Assembly (NCBI GenBank): GCA_965205485.1
Contig: OZ242180.1
Coordinates: 2,208,001-2,272,000, forward strand
Direction of reading: 5' to 3'
From: Candidatus Latescibacterota bacterium
GTDB lineage: Bacteria > Latescibacterota > UBA2968 > GCA-2709665
DNA: 64,000 nt
Shown here one piece after another: positions 16,870 to 26,063 of this stretch. The notes beneath the pieces were generated by a model. That model was not told where the DNA came from. It ran no database searches and worked only from the letters and a program-made list of their open reading frames with translations. Numbering within the stretch: position 1 is the stretch's first letter; each line of letters begins with the position of its first letter. Made by a program: the position numbers and the translations under genes.

Positions 16870-19161
16870 ATGACGCTTATGCTCCAGGATCGATACATAG
16901 ACGCCATTCTGCGCTATCGGTGGATCGTGATCGCTGCGGCGGTGCTGCTGATGGCGGCCATGACGGCCGGCGTCCGTTTTATCTCGGTAACAAACGACTA
17001 TCGCGTTCTGTTCAGCGAAGACAACCCCCAGCTTCTCGCCTTCGACGCACTCGAGAACACCTATTCCACGTCCAACGCGGCATTGATCGCCATTACGCCC
17101 GGGCAGGGCTCCGTTTTCACCCGCGATGCCCTCGTCGCGGTTGAAGAGATGACCGGGGCCGCGTGGCGTGCGCCTTATTCCAGCCGCGTCAACTCCCTCA
17201 CCAACTATACGCATAGCGAGGCGTCCGGGGATGACCTTATCGTCGCGCCTCTCGTCGAGGACGCGCGGGCGCTGAGCGACGCCGGTGCGGCGCGCGTTGA
17301 ACGGATCGCGCTTGAAGCCGCCGAAATCGCGGGGCGCCTGGTATCCCACGATGGACGCACGGCAGGCGTGGCCGTCAACTTCGTCCTGCCGGAGAACCCG
17401 GACCAGGCCGTCGTTGAAATAACCGACTATCTCCGTTCGATCCTGAGCGACGCCCGAGCACGGCATCCGGACATCGCCTACCATCTCACAGGCGACGTCG
17501 TGATGAACCGCACCTTTTCCGATGCCACCCAGGACGACCTGCAAACGCTGACGCCGATCGTGTTCGTCATCATCATCGGCGCCACGATCCTGCTTCTGCG
17601 CTCGGTCTCCGGCACGTTGGCCATCATCGCCGTGATCGTGTTCGTTGTCAATACCACCTTGGGGTTCGCCGGCTGGAGCCGCGTTGTGTTCAGCCCCACG
17701 AACGCGGGGGTGCCTATAATCGTCATGGTAATCGCCATGGCCGACGCCATACATATCGTGACGAGTGTCCTGCTTGGCATGAGACGGGGCCTGGAGAGGA
17801 ACGTTGCGATCGCCGAGTCATTCCGGATCAACGTCCATCCGGTATTCATTACCTCCGTCACGACCGCGGTGGGATTCCTCAGCCTGAATGCCTCGGATTC
17901 ACCGCCATTTCATACATTGGGCAACTGCGTTGCGTTCGGGGTCCTGTGCGCGTTCGTGTTTTCAGTCACCCTCCTCCCCGCCCTGTTATCCATCCTGCCG
18001 TTGCGTGTTTCCGCCCGGGGTTCTCGAGATACCCATTTCCTCGACCGTTTCGCCGATTTCGTCATTGCGCGGAGCAGAATCCTGCTGGTCGTGATGGTGC
18101 TTGTGGTCGCCGGGCTGGTTCTGGGGGTTTCCCGCATTGAACTGAGTGACAACATGGCTCAGTATTTCGACGACCGTTACGAGTTCCGCCGCGATACGGA
18201 CTATATCATCGAGAATCTGACCGGGCTGGACAAACTGGAGTATTCGCTGGACGCGGGACGGGACGGCGGCATCACCGAACCGGAATATCTGCGCCGGATC
18301 GATGCGTTTGCCGGGTGGTACAGGCAGCAGCCCGAGGTCACCCACGTCCAGGTGTTTTCGGACATCATGAAACGGCTGAACAGGAACATGCACGGCGACG
18401 ACCCGGCTTTTCATCGTCTGCCTGAAGACCCGGAGCTCGCCGCGCAGTACCTGCTGCTCTACGAATTGTCCCTGCCCTTTGGAAGCGATCTCAACGATCG
18501 CATCGATGTGGCCAAATCCGCGACCCGGATGGTCGTCACTACCAGAAACGCATGGTCTCGGGACCTGCGCGAACTCGACGAACGCGCGCAGGTCTGGCTT
18601 CGTGCTAACGCGCCCGGTTTCGCGCAGGAGGCATCGGGACTGAGCATTGTCTTCGCCCACCTGTCGCTGCGGAATATCAACAGTATGCTGCGCGGTACGA
18701 TCCTGGCCATGGCGCTCATTTCGTTTATCCTGATATGGATCTTCAAGAGCGTACGGATCGGACTCCTGAGTCTGTTGCCGAATTTTATCCCCGCAATGAT
18801 GAGCTTCGGCCTGTGGGGCTACCTCGTGGGCAACGTGGGCATCGCGTCATCGGTCGTCATCGCCGTGGTTTTCGGGATTGTCGTGGACGATACAATTCAC
18901 TTTCTGAGCAAGTATCTCAAGGCCAGGCGCGAGGACCTTGCCGCACCGGAGGCGGTGCGCTACGCCTTCCGCACGGTGGGCCACGCTTTGTGGACAACCA
19001 CCACGGTCCTGTCGGCGGGCTTTCTCGTTTTTGCAACGTCGGGGTTCCAGGTGAGTTGGGCGCTTGGTCTTCTGGTCACGATCACGATCATCTTCGCGCT
19101 GGTCGCCGATTTCCTGCTCCTGCCGACGCTGTTGATGACCATCGACCGGAGGAAATTATGA
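16870..19161 (+). CDS. MMPL/RND family transporter
   Basis: Two-repeat architecture; AMADAIH and GIVVDDTIHFL; ITSVTTAVGFLSL; ADFLLLPTLL. Confidence 0.93.
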   Translation: MTLMLQDRYIDAILRYRWIVIAAAVLLMAAMTAGVRFISVTNDYRVLFSEDNPQLLAFDALENTYSTSNAALIAITPGQGSVFTRDALVAVEEMTGAAWRAPYSSRVNSLTNYTHSEASGDDLIVAPLVEDARALSDAGAARVERIALEAAEIAGRLVSHDGRTAGVAVNFVLPENPDQAVVEITDYLRSILSDARARHPDIAYHLTGDVVMNRTFSDATQDDLQTLTPIVFVIIIGATILLLRSVSGTLAIIAVIVFVVNTTLGFAGWSRVVFSPTNAGVPIIVMVIAMADAIHIVTSVLLGMRRGLERNVAIAESFRINVHPVFITSVTTAVGFLSLNASDSPPFHTLGNCVAFGVLCAFVFSVTLLPALLSILPLRVSARGSRDTHFLDRFADFVIARSRILLVVMVLVVAGLVLGVSRIELSDNMAQYFDDRYEFRRDTDYIIENLTGLDKLEYSLDAGRDGGITEPEYLRRIDAFAGWYRQQPEVTHVQVFSDIMKRLNRNMHGDDPAFHRLPEDPELAAQYLLLYELSLPFGSDLNDRIDVAKSATRMVVTTRNAWSRDLRELDERAQVWLRANAPGFAQEASGLSIVFAHLSLRNINSMLRGTILAMALISFILIWIFKSVRIGLLSLLPNFIPAMMSFGLWGYLVGNVGIASSVVIAVVFGIVVDDTIHFLSKYLKARREDLAAPEAVRYAFRTVGHALWTTTTVLSAGFLVFATSGFQVSWALGLLVTITIIFALVADFLLLPTLLMTIDRRKL

Positions 19162-19973
19162 GTTGTTCACGCAGACTGCTCTCGTTTTCGGTGCCATGGC
19201 TGGTCGTCGCGGCCGGCATCGGCGCGCCCGCGGCCGTTCACTCGCAGAACGCCGTGTCCGATGCGACCGGGCTGAGTATCGCCCGGGAGTCCCGCGCCAG
19301 GGAGGAAGGCTTCGGCAACTTCACCGCGCAGCAGGTCATGGTGCTTCGCAACAAGCACGGGCAGGAGAGCCGGCGCCAGCTCCGCGTAAAGGTCCTGGAG
19401 GTACCTGGCGCCGGTGACAAGAGCCTGTTTGTATTTGACGAGCCGCGCGACGTCAGGGGAACGGCGCTTCTCGTGCACGCGCACCGGGACCGGGCGGACG
19501 ATCAATGGCTCTATCTGCCCGCTTTGAAACGCGTCAAACGGATCAGTTCGTCGAACCGGTCCGGTTCCTTCATGGGCAGTGAGTTCGCCTATGAAGACAT
19601 GACCGCCCAGGCCGTCGAAAAATTCACCTACCGCTACCTGCGTGACGAGCCCTGCGGCGGTTTGACGTGTACGGTAACGGAACGCTACCCAACGGATAGG
19701 AAATCGGGCTACACCCGCCAGGTGGTGTGGCGCGACAAGGACGAGCTTCGCGTCCGGAAGGTGGAGTACTACGACCGCAGGGACGCGCATCTGAAGACGC
19801 TCTCCCTGGAAAACTACGGGTTGTATCTGAGTCGTTACTGGCGCGCGGGGGTGATGACCATGGTCAATCATCTTACCGGGAAAAGCACGGTGCTGACTTG
19901 GACGGACTACAAGTTCGCTACCGACCTTGGAGACAGGGACTTCACCCGCACCGGACTGAAACGGACGCGTTGA
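19158..19973 (+). CDS. Outer-membrane lipoprotein-sorting (LolA-like) protein
   Basis: ATGA overlap with MMPL stop; signal peptide; FDEPRDVRGTALL, DDQWLYLPALKRVKRISS, SFMGSEFAYED. Confidence 0.9.
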   Translation: MSCSRRLLSFSVPWLVVAAGIGAPAAVHSQNAVSDATGLSIARESRAREEGFGNFTAQQVMVLRNKHGQESRRQLRVKVLEVPGAGDKSLFVFDEPRDVRGTALLVHAHRDRADDQWLYLPALKRVKRISSSNRSGSFMGSEFAYEDMTAQAVEKFTYRYLRDEPCGGLTCTVTERYPTDRKSGYTRQVVWRDKDELRVRKVEYYDRRDAHLKTLSLENYGLYLSRYWRAGVMTMVNHLTGKSTVLTWTDYKFATDLGDRDFTRTGLKRTR

Positions 19974-21223
19974 TGCCGAACCGCAATGTCTTTCAATGCG
20001 CGCCGCTCGTCGCGGTCAGTATTCTTGCGGCCTTGATGTCGGGCGATGCCGTTGCCGGGATCGAAACGCGGGAATTGTCCGGACGCCTGAGTGTCGAGAG
20101 CCGCTGGCATCCGAAGACCGGCGCCTGGCCCGGCCAGCGCTCCCACGGCAGTGGTATTGTCGTCGAGCCCAGGGTTTACCTTGAAGACGCCCGGGGCCGA
20201 AGCTTCACCCTGGCCCCGTTCCTGCGCTTGGACGCCGGGGACGAACGGCGCACCCATGCCGATTTGCGGGAAGCCTATTTTCTGGTCTTCGGCGAGGTTC
20301 GCGGGCAGGAATGGGAAGTGCGTCTGGGCGTGGACAGGGTATTCTGGGGCGTGACCGAATCGCGCCGCCTGGTGAATATCGTCAACCAGATCGACCTCGT
20401 GGAACACCCGTACAAGGAGCCCTCAATGGGCCAGGCCATGGCCCATCTCACAATTTCCGGAGACTGGGGCGCCGTGGAAGTATTCGGAATGACCGGACAC
20501 CGCACCCGCACCTTTCCGGGAAGGTCGGGCCGCCTGCGATTCCCGCTTGTTGTAGATAATGAGCGGGTTTCGTATGAGGGTGACGCCGGACGGTGGCGCC
20601 CCGAGTTCGCCGCTCGTTTCAGCCGAAGTTCCGGTGACATGGACGTAGGCGTCAGCGTATTCGACGGCAATAGCAGAGAACCCATGTTGTCACCCGGCAT
20701 TGACCCGAAGGGCCGTCCGGTACTGTTACCGGGCTATGAGCGGATCCGGCAGTTCGGGCTGGACGCCCAGTTGACGGCCGGACCGTGGCTGTTCAAGCTG
20801 GAAGGACTCGGAAGGGCCGGCGCGCGGGACCGTCGCGGTGTGGAGGAGGACTACGTCGCTGCAACACTGGGCGGCGAGTATACGGTTTATTCCTTGTTCG
20901 GCTCGGCAGCCGATCTGAGCCTGATCGGGGAATGGAACTACGACGGCCGCGGCAGGAATGCGACGAATATCTTTCAGAACGACCTCTTCCTGGCCGCTCG
21001 CCTCGCGTTCAATGACATCCAGAGCACCGAAGTACTCGGCAGCCTGATGGACGATTTCGATACGACCACACGCGTGTTGACGTTCGAATTGAACCGGCGA
21101 ATCTCCGGCAGGTTCTCCCTGCATCTGGAGGCGATTGCCCTTCTCGACGTAGACGCCGGCGACCTGTCCTACGCCAGCAGGCGAGACAGCTTCGTCGAAA
21201 TGCACCTGGTTTACAATCACTAG
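19973..21223 (+). CDS. Putative outer-membrane beta-barrel protein of MMPL/LolA-like operons
   Basis: TGATG overlap; signal peptide; DLREAY, VFWGVTES, NQIDLVE, alternating beta-strand pattern ending LVYNH. Confidence 0.75.
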   Translation: MPNRNVFQCAPLVAVSILAALMSGDAVAGIETRELSGRLSVESRWHPKTGAWPGQRSHGSGIVVEPRVYLEDARGRSFTLAPFLRLDAGDERRTHADLREAYFLVFGEVRGQEWEVRLGVDRVFWGVTESRRLVNIVNQIDLVEHPYKEPSMGQAMAHLTISGDWGAVEVFGMTGHRTRTFPGRSGRLRFPLVVDNERVSYEGDAGRWRPEFAARFSRSSGDMDVGVSVFDGNSREPMLSPGIDPKGRPVLLPGYERIRQFGLDAQLTAGPWLFKLEGLGRAGARDRRGVEEDYVAATLGGEYTVYSLFGSAADLSLIGEWNYDGRGRNATNIFQNDLFLAARLAFNDIQSTEVLGSLMDDFDTTTRVLTFELNRRISGRFSLHLEAIALLDVDAGDLSYASRRDSFVEMHLVYNH

Positions 21224-21336
21224 CTGGTGCAGGACCGGGAACAGTTAGTCTGAAAGGACGCGAGGGAACCATCGGACCTGAGGAACGGTCTAATGAGCAG
21301 TGTCCGAAGGAGAACTCATCCCTTTTGGAGGCCGTG

Positions 21337-22017
21337 ATGGCGATTGATCGCAGGCGTTTTCTTTGTCAGGCGGGTGCGCTGGGCGCCGCGGCGTTTGTGA
21401 CGCCGGGTGCGTTTGCAGAGGAGCTGATTCGAACGCCCTGGCAGACCGAGGGACCCTACTACCCGGACAGGATGCCGCTGGACGTCGATAACGACCTCCT
21501 GATCATCAACGATGCGATCACGCAGGCGGTGGGAGAAATCACGCATCTGACGGGGCGCGTCACCGATGTGAGCGGCCAACCCGTCAGGAATGCACAGGTC
21601 GAGATCTGGCAGGTCGACAGCAACGGCGTCTACATCCATACCGATGCGCCTCGGAGCAACAGGCGGGACCGGAACTTCCAGGGGTTCGGACGATTCGAAA
21701 CCGGTTCCACGGGTGAATACCGGTTTCGTACGATCAAGCCCGTCAGATATTCGGGCGCGCGCGCGGCACACATTCATTTTGCGATCAACAGGAACGGACG
21801 CCGGGCCCTGACCACCCAGATGTACGTCAAGGGCAACCCGGACAACGAGAGGGATTCCATATTTCGGAGGTCCGGCGGCGCTTCACGCGATCTGCTGGCG
21901 GTGCCGTTCAAGCCGCTGCCCGGATCGGAAATTGGAGAATTAACCGCGAATTTCGATATTGTGATCGGCAAAACGCCGGAAGACCTTGAGGGTGGACGCC
22001 GCGGCTGGATATGGTGA
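21337..22017 (+). CDS. Intradiol ring-cleavage dioxygenase family protein with Tat signal
   Basis: DRRRFL twin-arginine; TEGPYYP; VEIWQVDSNGVY; YRFRTIKPVRY; AHIHF (Tyr/Tyr/His/His Fe ligands). Confidence 0.9.
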   Translation: MAIDRRRFLCQAGALGAAAFVTPGAFAEELIRTPWQTEGPYYPDRMPLDVDNDLLIINDAITQAVGEITHLTGRVTDVSGQPVRNAQVEIWQVDSNGVYIHTDAPRSNRRDRNFQGFGRFETGSTGEYRFRTIKPVRYSGARAAHIHFAINRNGRRALTTQMYVKGNPDNERDSIFRRSGGASRDLLAVPFKPLPGSEIGELTANFDIVIGKTPEDLEGGRRGWIW

Positions 22018-22058
22018 TGGTTCACCGGGGGCCCGGTCGCCGCTTGCGTTCGCTCAGA

Positions 22059-22700
22059 TCAGACCTTCCTGAGATACCTTCCGGGATTGCCCACCCAGAC
22101 CTCGCCCGCGGGCACGTCGTGCCGGATCAGGGTCCCCGCGCCCACCATACTACCCTCGCCGATCGTTGCGCCGATAATCGTCGAGTTCGTTCCCAGGAAA
22201 CAGTTTCGTCCCACGCGTACGCTTCCCGAAAAGCTCACCCCAACCGTAAGGCACGAGTAATCACCGATCACGTCGTCGTGGGACAGTCCCACGTTCTGCA
22301 GGACGATCACGTGGTCGCCGATGGTTACGAATGCGCCCACCGTGGTTCCCGCCAGAATAACCGATCCCCGTCCCACCGTGCTTTGCGGGGAAACGAACGC
22401 GTGGGGATGGACAATTGTGGCGAATCGTTCCCGCGGCAGGCCCAGTCCGGCCACCGTTCCAGGCCAGGCCTGATAACTCCCCGGGCCGAAAGTAAATCCG
22501 GTGATCTGAACGTCCTCCGGCAAGGCGCAAACGGCGTCGAAGTCCCCCAGGTGTTTGAGGCCGCCTTTGTTGACGGGTTTGCCGTTGCGCGTCACGTATC
22601 CCATCACCTCATAGGTCGGCTTCAGGGCATTGATTTCTCGCACGGCGTCCAGAATGTCGGAATTGTTGGATCCGATGCCCAGGAAGACCAGCTTTTGCAT
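22059..22700 (-). CDS. NeuD/PglD-family hexapeptide-repeat acetyltransferase
   Basis: FATIVHP, LSHDDVIGD, hexapeptide repeats, WVGNPGR. Confidence 0.9.
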   Translation of the reverse strand: MQKLVFLGIGSNNSDILDAVREINALKPTYEVMGYVTRNGKPVNKGGLKHLGDFDAVCALPEDVQITGFTFGPGSYQAWPGTVAGLGLPRERFATIVHPHAFVSPQSTVGRGSVILAGTTVGAFVTIGDHVIVLQNVGLSHDDVIGDYSCLTVGVSFSGSVRVGRNCFLGTNSTIIGATIGEGSMVGAGTLIRHDVPAGEVWVGNPGRYLRKV

Positions 22701-22742
22701 ACCGCCACCTCCTCGTGTTTTGACCCGGCGACCCGGCTTCCG

Positions 22743-24455
22743 TCAGCTGTATGCAGCCGCTATGTCGCAACTGTCGACACCATCACCCAATGCCACCTGT
22801 GCGAAATCCTGACGGTATCGGGTCACGATCCCGAACGGCGCCGATCGGCCGTCCACCCGAATTTCCTCCAGCGCCCTTCCGCCGAATTCAGCCGGAATCA
22901 ACCAGCGCAGATTTCCGTCGTCCGGCGCGCCCGCTGCAGTGAATCTTAGCGTCTGGTCCTGCCAGGAGAGTCGTTCCACGCACCATTGATCCCGCAGCAG
23001 CCAGAAATCACACCACTGATCGTAGGACCAGACAGGTACATTCCGTTCCGCGGCCCTTTCAAGCAGAACAAGCCCGTGCGCCCTCGAGTATCTCACCCAG
23101 TTGCCCGGGTGTAGGATAACACCGTAGGGCACGTGAAAACGGGTGGCGCTGTCGTCGAGGATGCGGTCTACCAGGACGCCGTACATCTCAGGCGAATAGT
23201 GAAAGGACTTTGGCGCGCTCTCCTGGAACCAGACGTCGTCGGACAGGTGGGTATGCTGCTGCAGCACGTCGATCAGGCGCCCGTCAGGATGGCAGAAACG
23301 CATTGGCATGGCCGCCCCTCTCAGGTGATACGGGCTGCTGCAGCGGTCCCGCATGTAGGCCGAGCACAGGTAGTTCGCATCCATTCGGATCCCCAGCCGC
23401 GCCTGTACCTCCACCAGTTCCATGTAACCCGCCCAGGAGAGACAGTGATTGCGTACGCTCGTGGGCCTGAACCCGTACATTTCCTCGAAAAGCCGGATCT
23501 GCCGCTCGAATTCGGCCACGCGCTCCGCTATCGGGCGTCCGTCCTGGGCCCGGAGGTTCGGATGCGGGCCCACGTCGTGATTTTGCCGATACCGTTGCAC
23601 GTCCGCGAGCGTCGAGTCCGTCCCGATGGGAATGATGTATAGATTCATGCGGGCGCCGGCTTCCGTAACTTCCCTGAATTCCTGCTCCGTAGCGGAAATC
23701 TCCGCTCCGTCCTCGTCGCCTGAATAGAGCACGATCGCGGATGCCTCGCCCGGCAGGTGCCAGAGCAGGGGGACGGGCGCCGGAACGAACCGGCACACCA
23801 GTTCCACCAGCCACCGTGCCAGCAGGTCGGCAAACGGAATCAGTCCGCTGTCCGCCGGCCCGAGATCGATTCCGATGGAATCGGCGCGCACGTTGTCGCC
23901 CACGGCCCGCTCGACCTGGCGCGGATCCCCCTGGCGGAGGGTGAACACGCACTCGGGAAGGTCAAAAGCGAATGCCAGGATCCGTCCCTTTCCGTATGGT
24001 GATTCGATTATCCCGACGGACTCTCCCTCGAATGCGTCCGGACGGTAGAGATAGGCGATACCGGCTCCCGCCTCAGGTTCCTCGATATAATGACCCGTCT
24101 CCCCGACCACCGGGAAGTCCTCTCCTGAAACCCCTGCCGCCGGATAGCGTACCGGACGCAGGCGAAGCGGCGCGGCCCTGGCGCCCTGATAGACCAGCCC
24201 CGCGGCATCCGCCAGGATGTCTCCGGGCAGGAACGTAACGACGGTGCCGCCGCGCCGCGCATATCCGATCAGATCCTCGTGTGTCCGGTCATCCGTTTCT
24301 GCTGCCGGGCAGACCAGCACGGGAGTCGACGCAGGATCCAGGGTCTTGATCTGATCCTGGAGGATCCGATTGTAAGCGCGAAGCCCCCAGGTTGTGAAAA
24401 TCTCAGCGATGTAGTCCGATAGATCGGGCGGACGGGTCAGAATGCCGATTTTCAT
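22743..24455 (-). CDS. Hypothetical protein with polysaccharide deacetylase-like (NodB) domain
   Basis: YSGDEDG, DVGPHP, SVRNHC, VILHP; N-terminal GATase-like segment (YARRGGTVV, YGKGRILAF). Confidence 0.6.
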   Translation of the reverse strand: MKIGILTRPPDLSDYIAEIFTTWGLRAYNRILQDQIKTLDPASTPVLVCPAAETDDRTHEDLIGYARRGGTVVTFLPGDILADAAGLVYQGARAAPLRLRPVRYPAAGVSGEDFPVVGETGHYIEEPEAGAGIAYLYRPDAFEGESVGIIESPYGKGRILAFAFDLPECVFTLRQGDPRQVERAVGDNVRADSIGIDLGPADSGLIPFADLLARWLVELVCRFVPAPVPLLWHLPGEASAIVLYSGDEDGAEISATEQEFREVTEAGARMNLYIIPIGTDSTLADVQRYRQNHDVGPHPNLRAQDGRPIAERVAEFERQIRLFEEMYGFRPTSVRNHCLSWAGYMELVEVQARLGIRMDANYLCSAYMRDRCSSPYHLRGAAMPMRFCHPDGRLIDVLQQHTHLSDDVWFQESAPKSFHYSPEMYGVLVDRILDDSATRFHVPYGVILHPGNWVRYSRAHGLVLLERAAERNVPVWSYDQWCDFWLLRDQWCVERLSWQDQTLRFTAAGAPDDGNLRWLIPAEFGGRALEEIRVDGRSAPFGIVTRYRQDFAQVALGDGVDSCDIAAAYS

Positions 24456-24488
24456 GGATGATGACCTCCAAGCTTGATTCGGGGTCAG

Positions 24489-26048
24489 TTACTGCACGCC
24501 GAATATCCTTGCCGCGTTGTCCCACAATATCATGCGCTTCAACCCGTCGGGAATGTCGGCGTAGAGCACCCGTCCGAGTTGATAGGGGAATCCGTTTACG
24601 GGATGGTCCGATCCGTACAGGATCTGATCGGGGGGCGCATGTTCGACGAGCCAGGGGAGGGTGCCGCGCGCCATTTTCGAGTAACCCAGATCGAAAAACA
24701 GATTCGGCCGTGCATGGGCGACATCCAGAAAGGGCGCCAGTCCCTCGCGGCTGCCTCCGCCGAGGTGGGCATAGATGAACTTCGCGTTGGGGAACGCGGC
24801 GAGCGTATCCATCAGGAACGCGGGAGACGGCCCGCGGTGGACATGGCAGAGCATCGGGCAGTTCCGCTCGTGCGCCGTCTGAAACGCGAGACGGTAGCCA
24901 CGGTCCTCGGTCGACGTGTCGTGAAGCGCGCAGTGGATTTTGATGCCCCGGCAACCGAGTTCGTCGAACCCGCGCGCCATCTCACCGGCCATCTCCGTTT
25001 CGTAGTTCGGATTGTAGACCACGTAACCCACGAGCCGGTCGGGAAAGGCTGCCACGCCGTCGCCGATCCGGGTGTTTCCTTCACGGTAGTCGGCCCCGAT
25101 CGCGAGAAAGTGGCTGACGGCAAACCGTTCAACCCCCACTTCGTCCATGCGCGACACCATCTGTTCGGCCGACCAGTCGCGGTGGTACTTCGAATGAAAT
25201 CTGCCGAGGTGGCCATGGACGTCAAACACGCGGAAACCGCGCCCGCCGCAGGGCCAGTCCGGTTCAGGTCCGGTCTCCCGTTCCGGGAGACCCAGCAACC
25301 GCCTGAGGGTGTTTCCTGCGATATCGGCCCGCTGGTTCTGCGAAATTCGCGCGCCCGTCAGAAGGCCCAGCGGACCTCCCGGGTCCCAGGTCGGCATCCC
25401 CGTCCCGAACAACAAGCGCCCGTGTCCGAACCGTCCTGAAATCTCCTCCACGATCCGCGACTCCTGGATGTAGGACGCCTCGATGTAAATGTTGGGAAAC
25501 GCATCCCACACCCCGTAAAGCGCCCTCGCGGTCGTGCCGCCTTCGCGAATCAGCACGAGCGGCAGCGTGGGGTGCGCTTCCGCGATCTCGAAGACCGCGC
25601 GCCAGTCCGTGAGCTGGCTCCAGCTCGTCCGCCCCTGGTCAAGTATCAGAGGGATTCCCGCTTCGGAAAGGGATCTCAGCAGCGGCCGAAGAATCCGTTC
25701 CAGCAACGGAAAGCCGTGGACACCCGGAAACAACCTGACGGCACGCACGTCCTGCGCGCGCATCTGCGCCACGAGTTCATCCGGCTCGGTCTGTTCTCCC
25801 GTACCCGGGGGCAGAACGGCCCAGCATGGGTGGAGGCGCGGATGGGAACGCGTGGCCTCAACCACCCATGCGTTCCCATCAGCCGGGTGTCCCATCGCGG
25901 CGTGGCTCGCGTAGACCAGGGCTTCGGAGATACCCAGTCGATCCATCTCCGCCAGCAGCGCTTCGGGTGTCCGAAAGCACGGCTCGCGGTTGGTGCGCGT
26001 GGGTCCCAGCATGCAATTCATGTCGAAGATATCCATTCCGTTCTCCAT
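24489..26048 (-). CDS. Tandem two-domain amidohydrolase (Amidohydro_2)
   Basis: Domain 1: IFDMNCMLG, RAVRLFP, LLFGTGMP; domain 2: VFDVHGHLG, GIKIH, IYAHLGG, ILYGSDHP. Confidence 0.87.
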   Translation of the reverse strand: MENGMDIFDMNCMLGPTRTNREPCFRTPEALLAEMDRLGISEALVYASHAAMGHPADGNAWVVEATRSHPRLHPCWAVLPPGTGEQTEPDELVAQMRAQDVRAVRLFPGVHGFPLLERILRPLLRSLSEAGIPLILDQGRTSWSQLTDWRAVFEIAEAHPTLPLVLIREGGTTARALYGVWDAFPNIYIEASYIQESRIVEEISGRFGHGRLLFGTGMPTWDPGGPLGLLTGARISQNQRADIAGNTLRRLLGLPERETGPEPDWPCGGRGFRVFDVHGHLGRFHSKYHRDWSAEQMVSRMDEVGVERFAVSHFLAIGADYREGNTRIGDGVAAFPDRLVGYVVYNPNYETEMAGEMARGFDELGCRGIKIHCALHDTSTEDRGYRLAFQTAHERNCPMLCHVHRGPSPAFLMDTLAAFPNAKFIYAHLGGGSREGLAPFLDVAHARPNLFFDLGYSKMARGTLPWLVEHAPPDQILYGSDHPVNGFPYQLGRVLYADIPDGLKRMILWDNAARIFGVQ

Positions 26049-26063
26049 TTAGCAGATTGCGGC

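Noticed and set aside
18735..19972. Long N-terminal extensions of ORFs 18735-19973 and 19727-21223
   Set aside because: They overlap upstream genes; coupled starts at 19158 and 19973 give proper signal peptides.
225..22700. Epimerase, DegT aminotransferase, APH kinase and NeuD-like acetyltransferase as one aminosugar/aminoglycoside cluster
   Set aside because: Scattered over 22 kb in separate transcription units with no glycosyltransferase or sugar nucleotidyltransferase.
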